This document shows, piece after piece, positions 28,990 through 37,617 of a stretch of DNA of 64,000 nt. This stretch comes from Gammaproteobacteria bacterium (GTDB lineage: Bacteria; Pseudomonadota; Gammaproteobacteria; Steroidobacterales; Rariloculaceae). A model generated the notes under the pieces. The model worked only from the letters and a program-made list of their open reading frames with translations, had not been told where the DNA came from and made no database searches. Position 1 is the stretch's first letter, and every line of letters begins with the position of its first letter. Location: contig DASQOL010000057.1 in assembly GCA_035644475.1 (NCBI GenBank), positions 1,042 through 65,041 of the forward strand, written 5' to 3'. A program made the position numbers and the translations under genes.

Positions 28990-29325
28990 CTCGGCCGGGT
29001 CGAGCTCGAGCGCCTTGATGCGCTCGCGGAGCTTCGGCCACTCGTCGCGGAGGAACCGGCGTTGCTCGCGCTTCAGGAGCAGGTCGCGCACACCTTCCTT
29101 CACGATGAGGCCGACGCCGCGGCGCGTCTCCGTGTATTCCTCGAGCTCGCGATAGGCGCGCGCCGCCGTCAAAGGGTTGACCAGGAAGTCGCTTGCGAGC
29201 TGGCGCACGGAGGGCAGCATCTGGCCTTCGGCATAGGATCCGTCGAGGATTCGCGCGACAATCTGTTCCATGAGCTGCCGATAGATCGGCCGGTCCTGAT
29301 GCCAGGTTTGAACGGTGTCCGTCAT
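28978..29325 (-). CDS. GntR-family transcriptional regulator, YtrA subfamily (short C-terminal domain)
   Basis: 115 aa. The winged HTH reads IYRQLMEQIVARILDGSYAEGQMLPSVRQLASDFLVNPLTAARAYRELE. It is divergent from the HlyD/ABC genes. Confidence 0.85.
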   Translation of the reverse strand: MTDTVQTWHQDRPIYRQLMEQIVARILDGSYAEGQMLPSVRQLASDFLVNPLTAARAYRELEEYTETRRGVGLIVKEGVRDLLLKREQRRFLRDEWPKLRERIKALELDPAELLK

Positions 29326-29406
29326 GTCGTCCCGGTTGCCTCTCGCGACCCTCGTGGCCGCTGCCGCATCTCCCTACCGATTCACCGTAGCTTGACAGCA
29401 ACGATT

Positions 29407-29442
29407 GTAATACAGTACTACTGTATTGCGTAGGTAATACAG
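29407..29442. promoter_or_regulatory. Probable YtrA operator: a perfect 9-1-9 palindrome plus an extra half-site
   Basis: AATACAGTA-C-TACTGTATT at 29409-29427. GTAATACAG is repeated at 29407-29415 and 29434-29442. The site lies in the divergent intergenic region, and TTGACA sits at 29392-29397. Confidence 0.55.
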
Positions 29443-29449
29443 CCCACCG

Positions 29450-30790
29450 ATGCCGATCATCACGCTAAAGAAGAAGGACGACCCCGAACAGCCACCGGCC
29501 GGCGCAGACGTCGTGCTCTCGGCCATGGACCGGCGGATCGAGCAGAAGGTCATCACGCCGCAACGCATCGCGATCGCGGTCGGCGTGGTCCTGTTGTTAG
29601 CGGTTAGCGTTTACGCGTACATGACGTTCGGCCTCACGCGCACGCTGTCGGTCGGGTCGGAGCGGCTCACCGTGTCTAAGGTGAGCTACGGCACGTTCCA
29701 CGAGTACATCCCGGTCACGGGCAACGTCGTGCCGCGCACCACGGTCTATCTCGACGCCGTGAACGGCGGCCAGGTGCTCGAGGTCCACGTCGAGGAGGGC
29801 GCGTTCGTCAAGGCAGGCGATCCGCTCGTCACGTTCAAGAACACGTCATTGCAGCTGCAGGTGATCGGAACCGAGGCGCAAACGGCGCAACAGCTCCAGC
29901 AGCAGACACAGACGCGCATGAGCTTCGACAGCACGCATCTGCGCAACCGGCAGAACCTGGTCGACATCGACTACAACATCGATCGACTAACGCGAGACCT
30001 GAATCGCAAGAGGCCGCTCGTGAAGAACGGCGGTGCCACGATTCAAGCGGTCGAAGACCTCGAGGCCGAGCTGAAACGCAATCAAGCCACGCGCGAGATA
30101 GTTGTCGAAGCACTGAAGCTCGACGAGGAGATGCGCACCAACCAGATGGCGAGCATGAAGGCGAGCACGGAGACGCTCAACAAGAACATCGAGATCGCGC
30201 GCGAAAATCTCAAGAATCTCGTGATGATTGCACCCATTACAGGTCAGCTCACGTTGCTCGAGGCGAACGTCGGCGAGTCGAAGGGCGCCGGTACACGCAT
30301 CGGTCAGGTCGACGAGGTTGGCACGTTCAAAGTCAACGCGTTCATCGACGAGTTCTATCTTTCGCGCGTCACGATCGGCCAGATCGCGACCGTCGACATC
30401 GACGGCAAGAACTACGAGCTCACGGTCAGCAAGGCCTATCCCGAGGTCACGAACCGGCAGTTCGAGGTGGATTTGCTGTTCTCCGGCGAGGCCCCCAAGA
30501 ACATCCGCCGCGGCCAAACGGTGCGCATGCGGCTCGAGATCGGCCAACCGGCCGACACGCTCGTGGTCGCGAACGGCGCGTTCTTCGACGACACGGGCGG
30601 GCAGTGGGTGTTCGTCGTCGACCCGTCCGGCGACTACGCCGATCGCCGCCCGGTGCGCTTCGGCCGCAGGAACCCGGAGGGCATCGAGGTGCTCGAAGGG
30701 TTGCGCGACGGCGAGCAGGTCATCACGTCGAGTTACGAGAGCCTGCTGAACTTCGACCGGATCCAATTTCGTTCCGACGGCGGCTCCTAA
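29450..30790 (+). CDS. HlyD-family periplasmic adaptor (membrane fusion protein)
   Basis: 446 aa with an N-terminal TM (IAIAVGVVLLLAVSVYAY), a lipoyl-like segment, a long coiled coil and a beta-barrel segment (TVRMRLEIG). Confidence 0.85.
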   Translation: MPIITLKKKDDPEQPPAGADVVLSAMDRRIEQKVITPQRIAIAVGVVLLLAVSVYAYMTFGLTRTLSVGSERLTVSKVSYGTFHEYIPVTGNVVPRTTVYLDAVNGGQVLEVHVEEGAFVKAGDPLVTFKNTSLQLQVIGTEAQTAQQLQQQTQTRMSFDSTHLRNRQNLVDIDYNIDRLTRDLNRKRPLVKNGGATIQAVEDLEAELKRNQATREIVVEALKLDEEMRTNQMASMKASTETLNKNIEIARENLKNLVMIAPITGQLTLLEANVGESKGAGTRIGQVDEVGTFKVNAFIDEFYLSRVTIGQIATVDIDGKNYELTVSKAYPEVTNRQFEVDLLFSGEAPKNIRRGQTVRMRLEIGQPADTLVVANGAFFDDTGGQWVFVVDPSGDYADRRPVRFGRRNPEGIEVLEGLRDGEQVITSSYESLLNFDRIQFRSDGGS

Positions 30791-30844
30791 CAAACGATTT
30801 GCCACAGACCGCGTGAAGCTCGGCCAAACGAGCGGGGGATTGCG

Positions 30845-31525
30845 ATGATCAAGCTGAACGGCGTCACCAAGCGCTACCGAACCACCGAGCTCGAGACCAC
30901 CGCGCTCAACGGCATCGACCTCGAGCTCGGCAAGGGCGAGTTCGTGGCGGTGATGGGGCCGTCGGGCTGCGGCAAGTCGACACTGCTCAACATCGTCGGC
31001 CTCATCGACGCGCCGAGCAGCGGCCAGTACTTCTTCGGCGAGACGGAGGTCTCGAAGTATTCGGAGAACAAGCTCGCCGACATGCGCAAGGGCAACGTCG
31101 GTTTCATCTTTCAGAGCTTCAACCTGATCGACGAGCTCAACGTCTACGAGAACGTGGAGCTACCGCTGCTCTACCAGAGCGTTGCGAAGACCCAGCGCAA
31201 GAGCCTCGTGGGAGAGGCGCTCGAGCTCGTGGGCTTGAGCGCGCGCGCCAAGCACAAGCCCGAGCAGCTGTCGGGCGGTCAGCAGCAGCGCGTCGCGGTG
31301 GCGCGCGCCGTCGTCGGCAGCCCCAAGCTGATCCTCGCCGACGAGCCCACGGGCAACCTCGACACGAAGAACGGCGAGGAAGTCATGAACATGCTGAACC
31401 AGCTGAACCAGCAGGGCACCACGATCATGATGGTCACGCACTCGCCGAGCCACGCGTCGCGCGCGCACCGGATCGTGAATCTGCTCGACGGCAAGGTCGT
31501 CGCCGCGAACCAAGTCGAGATCTAG
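30845..31525 (+). CDS. ABC transporter ATP-binding protein (MacB/LolD-like)
   Basis: 226 aa. Walker A GPSGCGKST, signature LSGGQQQRVAVARA, Walker B LILADEPT. Confidence 0.9.
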   Translation: MIKLNGVTKRYRTTELETTALNGIDLELGKGEFVAVMGPSGCGKSTLLNIVGLIDAPSSGQYFFGETEVSKYSENKLADMRKGNVGFIFQSFNLIDELNVYENVELPLLYQSVAKTQRKSLVGEALELVGLSARAKHKPEQLSGGQQQRVAVARAVVGSPKLILADEPTGNLDTKNGEEVMNMLNQLNQQGTTIMMVTHSPSHASRAHRIVNLLDGKVVAANQVEI

Positions 31526-31605
31526 AAAACAGGGACATGTTGGATTTTCGGCGGCGGGACCAGGTTCGGTCCGCGGCCGAAAATCCAACATGTCCCTATT
31601 TTTTT
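31525..31605. repeat. Family A palindromic element (AAAAYAGGGACATGTTGG...), copy A1
   Basis: The arms AGGGACATGTTGGATTTTCGG and CCGAAAATCCAACATGTCCCT are perfect over 21 nt and extend imperfectly to about 30 nt. The element is flanked by A and T runs and sits between convergent genes. Confidence 0.85.
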
Positions 31606-32333
31606 CGGCGCAGGGTGGCGAACTGGGAGAACTCCCACGGACGGATCGCGAACACGGCGCCGCACGCGTGCCGGTCGGTGAGTGGCAGCACCGCGTCGCG
31701 TCGCGCGAGCTCGTCGAACTCGCGCGCGATCCGCTCGATCGACTGCTGCATCTCCTTGAAGCCGGTGAGCGACAGCATTCCGCCGACGAATTGAAATTCC
31801 GCGCCGGCGCCCATGAACGGCCCCGCGATGAAGTCGCGCTGCACCTGCGTCTCGAAGAACCGCTGCACCGGCCCGTTCTTGCGCCACGTGAAGTTGCGGG
31901 CCGTGAGGAGCTTCACGCGATTGAACGGCAGCAGCTCGATGATCTTCGCGCGATGCAGCCGGATCAGGAGCCGCTCGGCTTCGTCCGTCTCGATCGTGAA
32001 GCTCGCGACGATCTCCGGCAGCGACCAGCTGTTGATCAGGAGGTAGGTCATCAACAGCAGCTTCGGGTCGGCGAGCAGCGCCTCCTCTTGCTCGGGGGTG
32101 AGCTCCGTGAGGAACTCGCGGCGCTCGTTCATGAGCTCGACGAGGTCGGCGATCTCGAGCCCCACCGTATTGCAGATCTCCTCGAGCCGCTGGAGCGTGA
32201 ACGTCTGGCTAGCGAACAGCCGCTTGATGCTAGATTCGCTCAGCCCGACGCGCGCGGCGAGCTGGGCGTACGTCACGCCCTGCGCCTTCAGGTAGCGCTT
32301 GAGCTCGCCGACTAACAGTCCGACCTGGGCCAT
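31596..32333 (-). CDS. XRE-family HTH transcriptional regulator with an uncharacterised C-terminal domain
   Basis: 245 aa. The HTH reads LKAQGVTYAQLAARVGLSESSIKRLFASQ. It is divergent from the DUF2339 gene. Confidence 0.75.
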   Translation of the reverse strand: MAQVGLLVGELKRYLKAQGVTYAQLAARVGLSESSIKRLFASQTFTLQRLEEICNTVGLEIADLVELMNERREFLTELTPEQEEALLADPKLLLMTYLLINSWSLPEIVASFTIETDEAERLLIRLHRAKIIELLPFNRVKLLTARNFTWRKNGPVQRFFETQVQRDFIAGPFMGAGAEFQFVGGMLSLTGFKEMQQSIERIAREFDELARRDAVLPLTDRHACGAVFAIRPWEFSQFATLRRKK

Positions 32334-32374
32334 TGCGCGACGAAGAGATGCCGTTTGACAGAAGACCGGGCGGG

Positions 32375-32393
32375 AGTATTGCTTCTCAATACT
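32375..32393. promoter_or_regulatory. Palindrome AGTATTG-N5-CAATACT in the divergent promoter region (candidate operator)
   Basis: Perfect 7-bp arms. TTGACA at 32355-32360 lies 16 nt upstream of TATTGC. Confidence 0.35.
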
Positions 32394-32599
32394 TCATGAG
32401 CCGAAGACGGCGACGACTATAGCCGAAAGTGCAGGATTGGAATACCTCTGCGAGACTGCGCGCATGAACACTTCCACCCGAGCTCCGCTGCTTCGACTGC
32501 TGCGCGCGACCGCGGTTCTGCTCCCGCCCGCGCTCGATCCTGCGTTGACTGTGGAGCAACCGCGCGCCCGCTGGGCCGCGGCTTGCGAGGAGACGTGAC

Positions 32600-35479
32600 A
32601 TGTTCGTCCTAGTGCTCGCGTTGGTCGGCGGCGTGGTGGGGTTCGCGTCCCTCGGCTGGTCGATGGGCGGCTTCGCTGCCGGCGCGGCCATCGGCGCGCT
32701 CGCGGGTTGGACCAGCGGGCTCCGCGACCGTGTTCTCAAGCTCGAGCAGCGGCTGGGCCGCTTCGAGAGGGTCGAGAAGCAGGCGGCCGCACGCGCGCCG
32801 CAGCCCGAGCAAGCCGCGGCGCGCGCAGCGGCGCCCGAGGCGGCGCCCGACGTCGTGTCCGACCGGGGCGCGCATCCCGCGCCCGCGCAAACGCCGCGCG
32901 CGCCGGAGCAACCGGCGCCGTTGGCGGCCGCGGCCACGTGGGCCCACGACGTCGCCGCCGCGGGCCCTGAGCTCCCGGACGCACCGCGCATCGCCGAGCT
33001 CGAGAGCGACGCCGCCGCAACCGCGGCCGCGAGCACGGCCGCCGCGCCGGCGCGTGCCCCACGCCGCCCGCCACCGCCCGACGTAGTCGATGTCTTGCTC
33101 GGCCACGTGAAGCGCTGGTTCACCACCGGCAACGTGCCGGTCAAAGTCGGAGTCGTGCTCTCCGTGTTCGGCGTCGCCTTCCTGATCAAGGCCGGCGTGG
33201 AGCGCGGCTGGCTCGTGCTGCCGATCGAGTACCGCCTGATGCTCGTAGCGCTGTTCGGCGTTGCGTTGCTCGCGATTGGCTGGCGCTTGCGGGCGCGCGA
33301 GCGCACCTACGCGCTCAGCATGCAAGGCGGCGGCATCGCGGTGCTGTATCTCACGATCTACGGGTCGTATGCGCTCTACCATTTGTTGCCCGGCACGGCC
33401 GCGTTCGGCCTGTTGCTCGTCGTGACGGCCGCGGCCGGCACGCTCGCGGTGCTCCAGGACGCGAAGGCGCTCGCCGTGCTCGGCATCGTGGGCGGTTTCC
33501 TCGCGCCCGTGCTCACATCGGACGGCAGCGGCAACCATGTCGCGCTGTTCAGCTATTACGCGATCCTCAATCTCGCGGTCGTCGGAATTGCCTGGTCCAA
33601 GGCTTGGCGCGTGCTCAACGTGCTCGGGTTCGCGTTCACGTTCGGCATCGGCGGACTCTGGGGCTACGACGCGTATCGCCCCGAGCTGTTCGCGACCACC
33701 GAGCCGTTCCTCGTGCTGTTCGTGGCGATGTACATGCTCATCCCGGTTCTGTTCGCGACCGCCAGGGACGGCGGGAGTGCCGCAAGCGCAGGAGCGCGCT
33801 TGCGGCCGACGCGCACGCAGCCGGAGCTGCGCGGCTTCGTCGACGGCACGCTCGTGTTCGGCACGCCGCTCGTCGGCTTCGGCCTCCAGAGCCAGCTCGT
33901 CGCGAACACGGAGTACGGCCTCGCGATCAGCGCAGTCGCGCTGGCGGCCGCGTACGTGGGAGTCGCCACCTTTATATATCGTCGCGGCGTGCCGCAGTTG
34001 CGCGTGCTCGTCGAAGCTCAGCTCGCGATGGGCGTGGTGTTCCTCACGGTTGCGATTCCGCTTGCGCTCGACGCGCGCTGGACCTCCGCCGCGTGGGCTG
34101 TCGAGGGCGCGGCGGTCGTGTGGCTCGGCTTCCGGCAGAACCGTCGGCTCCCGCTCGCGACGGGCCTCGCGCTGCAGCTCCTGGCGGGCGCGGCGTTCGC
34201 GCGGCAGCCGTGGCTCGGCGCCGACTTGCCGTGGGTGAACGGTTACCTGCTCGGCGCGCTGCTCATCGCTTTCGCCGGCGGGTTCTCGAGCCGGTGCGCC
34301 GACGTCGCGCGCGGCGAGCTCGCCGAGCGCTGGCCGCAGGCGCGCTCGGCCGTCGCGGCGTTGCTGCTCTTCTGGGCCGGCGGCTGGTGGTTGTTCGCCG
34401 GCTTCGCGGAGATCCGGCGCCAGTTGCCGGACTCACTCGAGATCCAGGCCGGGCTCCTGTTCGGCGCGGCCACCACGCTGCTCGCGATGAACGGTGCGCG
34501 CTGGCTCGCGTGGCCGCGCCTCGACGCGCTCGGCCTCGTGTCGTGGCCGATCGCGGCCTTCGCCTTGGCGGCTACGCCGTTCCAACTGTCGCACCCCGGC
34601 GAAAACTACGGCTGGCTCGCCTGGCCCGCGCTCCTCGGCGCGCAATTCGTGTTCCTCCGCGGGCGCGAGCAGCGGTTCCCGGTGCTGCGCGGCGCGTTGC
34701 ACGCGACGGCGTACTGGCTCGCGGTGGTGTTGCTCGCGTGGGAAGCGTATTGGCGTGTGGACCGCGTTACGGTCGTCGACACGTGGCCGCTCGTCGCGGC
34801 GCTCGCGGTCACCGGCGCGCTGGTGCTGGCAACGCTGCGCCTGCGCGACCGCGTCGAGTGGCCGCTCGCGGCGCACGCGCGGCTCTACACCACGGTCTGC
34901 GCCGGCGCGATGCTCGCGGCGCTGGTCGTGCTCACCTTCTTCGCGAACCTCGTCTCGCCGGGCGACGCCCTTCCGCTCTCCTACGTGCCGGTGCTCAATC
35001 CGCTCGAGATCGTGAGCGTGTTCGTGCTCGTGGTGCTCGTGCACTGGCTCGCGGTGCAGGCGCGCGAGCGAGCCGCGTTCGCGATGGCGGCGCCGCGGCG
35101 TGCGGCCGTGGCGGGCGTATTCGGCTGGTTCCTGCTCACGATGGCCGTTGCGCGCGCCGTGCATCACTATGCGGGAGTGCCGTTCGATCTCGACAGCCTG
35201 GCGCGGTCCAACACGCTGCAAGCGGCGTTGTCGATCGTGTGGGGCGCCACCGCGCTCACGGCGATGACGCTCGGCGCGCGCCGGATGCGTCGGGCGGTGT
35301 GGATAACCGGCGCGGCGCTGATGGCGGTGGTCGTGGTGAAGCTGTTCCTCGTCGACCTCGGCAACGCCGGCACGCTCGGCCGCATCGTGTCGTTCTTGGG
35401 AGTCGGCGTGCTGCTGTTGATCGTCGGCTATTTCGCCCCGGTGCCGCCGCGTGCCGAGCTCGACCGCCGCGCCGCTTGA
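32600..35479 (+). CDS. DUF2339-like polytopic membrane protein
   Basis: 959 aa. An N-terminal TM, a coiled coil and an Ala/Pro-rich linker are followed by more than 20 hydrophobic segments. Size and layout fit DUF2339. Confidence 0.8.
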   Translation: MFVLVLALVGGVVGFASLGWSMGGFAAGAAIGALAGWTSGLRDRVLKLEQRLGRFERVEKQAAARAPQPEQAAARAAAPEAAPDVVSDRGAHPAPAQTPRAPEQPAPLAAAATWAHDVAAAGPELPDAPRIAELESDAAATAAASTAAAPARAPRRPPPPDVVDVLLGHVKRWFTTGNVPVKVGVVLSVFGVAFLIKAGVERGWLVLPIEYRLMLVALFGVALLAIGWRLRARERTYALSMQGGGIAVLYLTIYGSYALYHLLPGTAAFGLLLVVTAAAGTLAVLQDAKALAVLGIVGGFLAPVLTSDGSGNHVALFSYYAILNLAVVGIAWSKAWRVLNVLGFAFTFGIGGLWGYDAYRPELFATTEPFLVLFVAMYMLIPVLFATARDGGSAASAGARLRPTRTQPELRGFVDGTLVFGTPLVGFGLQSQLVANTEYGLAISAVALAAAYVGVATFIYRRGVPQLRVLVEAQLAMGVVFLTVAIPLALDARWTSAAWAVEGAAVVWLGFRQNRRLPLATGLALQLLAGAAFARQPWLGADLPWVNGYLLGALLIAFAGGFSSRCADVARGELAERWPQARSAVAALLLFWAGGWWLFAGFAEIRRQLPDSLEIQAGLLFGAATTLLAMNGARWLAWPRLDALGLVSWPIAAFALAATPFQLSHPGENYGWLAWPALLGAQFVFLRGREQRFPVLRGALHATAYWLAVVLLAWEAYWRVDRVTVVDTWPLVAALAVTGALVLATLRLRDRVEWPLAAHARLYTTVCAGAMLAALVVLTFFANLVSPGDALPLSYVPVLNPLEIVSVFVLVVLVHWLAVQARERAAFAMAAPRRAAVAGVFGWFLLTMAVARAVHHYAGVPFDLDSLARSNTLQAALSIVWGATALTAMTLGARRMRRAVWITGAALMAVVVVKLFLVDLGNAGTLGRIVSFLGVGVLLLIVGYFAPVPPRAELDRRAA

Positions 35480-35495
35480 TCGAAGGAGTCGCGCC

Positions 35496-36896
35496 ATGAA
35501 CCGCAAGATCTCCCGCTCCCGCTCCCGCTCCCGCTCCCGGCCGCGCGCCGCCGCGCTCGCGGTCGGACTGGCGATGGGCGCCGCGGCGCACGCGGCGCTC
35601 GACCCAAGCCGCTTCGAGGTCGGTTGGCCGCTGGAGGTCCCCGCCCAGGGCGGCTACTTCGACGTGGCGCTCACGCCCGACGTGTACCGCCACGCGCCGA
35701 CGTTCGAGCAGCTCGCGGTGCTCGACTCGCGCAACGAGCCGATGCCGTTCTACCGCGTGGCCGTGGATCCGCCGGCCGGCGGCGAGCAGCGCGTCGCGCT
35801 CGGCGTGTCGCCGGTGTACGTGTCGCAGACGGGCGCGTCGCTCGCGGAGCTCAGCGTCTCCACCGACGATCGGCGCACCAACGTCACGGTCACGCGGCCG
35901 GCCGACGGCGCGCGGACGGACGTCGCGGCCTTCGTTGCCGACGCGCGCGCCGTGGAGCGTGCGCCGACGTCTGTCGAGCTCGAGTGGCGCGCGCTGCCGC
36001 AGCCGTTCCTGCTCGACGTGCGGATCGAGCAGAGCGACGACCTCGCGCGCTGGCGGCCGGTGGGCCGCGGGTCCGTGGCGCAGCTCGCGGTGGGCGGCGC
36101 CGAAGCGCGGCACGCGCGCGTTGCCGTGAGCGCGCGAGCCGGCGGGTACTTGCGCATCGGCTGGGAACGGAACGTGGCCGACTTCTATCTGGAGCGCGTC
36201 ACGCTCGTGAGCGCGGAGACGGCGGAGCCGTCGCTGCAGAGCGCGCGGTTGCGCGCGCTCGACCGCGCGCCGCCGCCGAGCCGGGGCCCGGGCGCGCCCG
36301 CGCCCGCGCCTCTCTACTTCGACGCCGGCGGGCCGGTGCCGGTGGCCGCGGCGACGGTGCGCTTCGTCGCGGGCAGCGGCTGGCTCACGGCCGATGTGGC
36401 GGTCGGCGATTCGCTCGACGGTCCTTGGCTCCCGGTCGCCTACGGCGAGCTGTTCTACGAGGTCGACTATTCCGGAACGCGCTTCGAGAGCCCCGCGGTC
36501 GCCGTCGGCCGCACCGAGAAGCGTTACTGGCGGATCGCGCCCGCCGAGCCGGTCGGCCGCGACCGCGTCGAGCTCGAGCTGCGTTACGGCCAAGAGCTCC
36601 TGCGCGTCGCGGCCAATGGCGCTCCGCCGTACCTGCTCGCCGCCGGCACGCGGATTGCCGAAGCCGGACCGGACGCCACGTTCGCCGCGGTTTGGCGCCG
36701 GCTCGCGCCGGGCCCGGCGCCGGCCCGGGCCACGCTCGGCCCGCTGCGCGAGCTCGGGGGCGGCGGCGCGCTCGTGGTACCGGTCGTCTTCCCGTGGCGG
36801 ACGGCCGCGCTCTGGATCGTGCTCGTCGCCGGCGTGGTTGCCGTGGCCTTCATGGCGGTTAGACTCGCCCGCGAGATGCACGACAAACCGTCCTGA
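35496..36896 (+). CDS. DUF3999-like secreted protein with a C-terminal TM anchor
   Basis: ATG at 35496 after GAAGGAG. Signal peptide with an (SR)5 n-region. C-terminal TM AALWIVLVAGVVAVAFMAV. DUF2339-DUF3999 is the usual neighbourhood. Confidence 0.7.
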   Translation: MNRKISRSRSRSRSRPRAAALAVGLAMGAAAHAALDPSRFEVGWPLEVPAQGGYFDVALTPDVYRHAPTFEQLAVLDSRNEPMPFYRVAVDPPAGGEQRVALGVSPVYVSQTGASLAELSVSTDDRRTNVTVTRPADGARTDVAAFVADARAVERAPTSVELEWRALPQPFLLDVRIEQSDDLARWRPVGRGSVAQLAVGGAEARHARVAVSARAGGYLRIGWERNVADFYLERVTLVSAETAEPSLQSARLRALDRAPPPSRGPGAPAPAPLYFDAGGPVPVAAATVRFVAGSGWLTADVAVGDSLDGPWLPVAYGELFYEVDYSGTRFESPAVAVGRTEKRYWRIAPAEPVGRDRVELELRYGQELLRVAANGAPPYLLAAGTRIAEAGPDATFAAVWRRLAPGPAPARATLGPLRELGGGGALVVPVVFPWRTAALWIVLVAGVVAVAFMAVRLAREMHDKPS

Positions 36897-36906
36897 GGTA
36901 CAGCGC

Positions 36907-37617
36907 CTGGCCAAACCCGCGAAGCTGCGACGCTCGTTCGCCGGCATCGCGGCCCGCGCATTCGCGGCCGCGCTGCTCGCCGGCCTGCTATTGAGCGCGC
37001 TGCCCGTGCTCGCGCTGCGCTGGCTCGCGCCGCCGGTCACGGCGATGATGCTCGAGCAGCCGGGCCCCGTCGGCGATCTCGACTACGAGTGGGTGGACCG
37101 CGCGAGTATCTCGGTGGCCGCGGCGCGCGCCGTCATCGCTGCCGAAGACCAGCGCTTCTTCGAGCATCACGGCCTCGACTTCCAGTCGATCGAGCGCGCG
37201 CTCGACGAGCACGAGGCGGGAGACGATCTCCGCGGCGCCTCCACGATCACGCAGCAGGTCGCGAAGAACCTGTTCCTCTGGCCGGGACGCAGCTTCGTGC
37301 GCAAAGGCCTCGAAGCGTACTTCGCGCTGCTGATCGAGGCGCTGCTGCCGAAGCAGCGGATTCTCGAGATTTACCTGAACGTGGCCGAGCTCGGCCCCGG
37401 CGTGTTCGGCGTGGAGGCGGCCGCGCGGCGCTACTTCGGCACGAGCGCGGCGCGGCTCACGGCGAGCGAGGCCGCGCTGCTCGCGGCCGTGTTGCCGAAT
37501 CCGCGGCGCTTGAGCGCGGAGCGTCCGAGCGCCTACGTCCGCGGCCGACAGGCCTGGGTGCTCGGGCAGATGACGCTGCTCGAGACGCGCGGTCACTATC
37601 GCGCATTGGCGTGGTGA
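36907..37617 (+). CDS. mtgA: Monofunctional biosynthetic peptidoglycan transglycosylase
   Basis: GT51 motifs AAEDQRFFEHHG, GASTITQQVAKN and RILEIYLNVAELG. No in-frame ATG or GTG lies upstream of the TM, so the start is uncertain (CTG 36907 or TTG 36838). Confidence 0.8.
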   Translation: MAKPAKLRRSFAGIAARAFAAALLAGLLLSALPVLALRWLAPPVTAMMLEQPGPVGDLDYEWVDRASISVAAARAVIAAEDQRFFEHHGLDFQSIERALDEHEAGDDLRGASTITQQVAKNLFLWPGRSFVRKGLEAYFALLIEALLPKQRILEIYLNVAELGPGVFGVEAAARRYFGTSAARLTASEAALLAAVLPNPRRLSAERPSAYVRGRQAWVLGQMTLLETRGHYRALAW

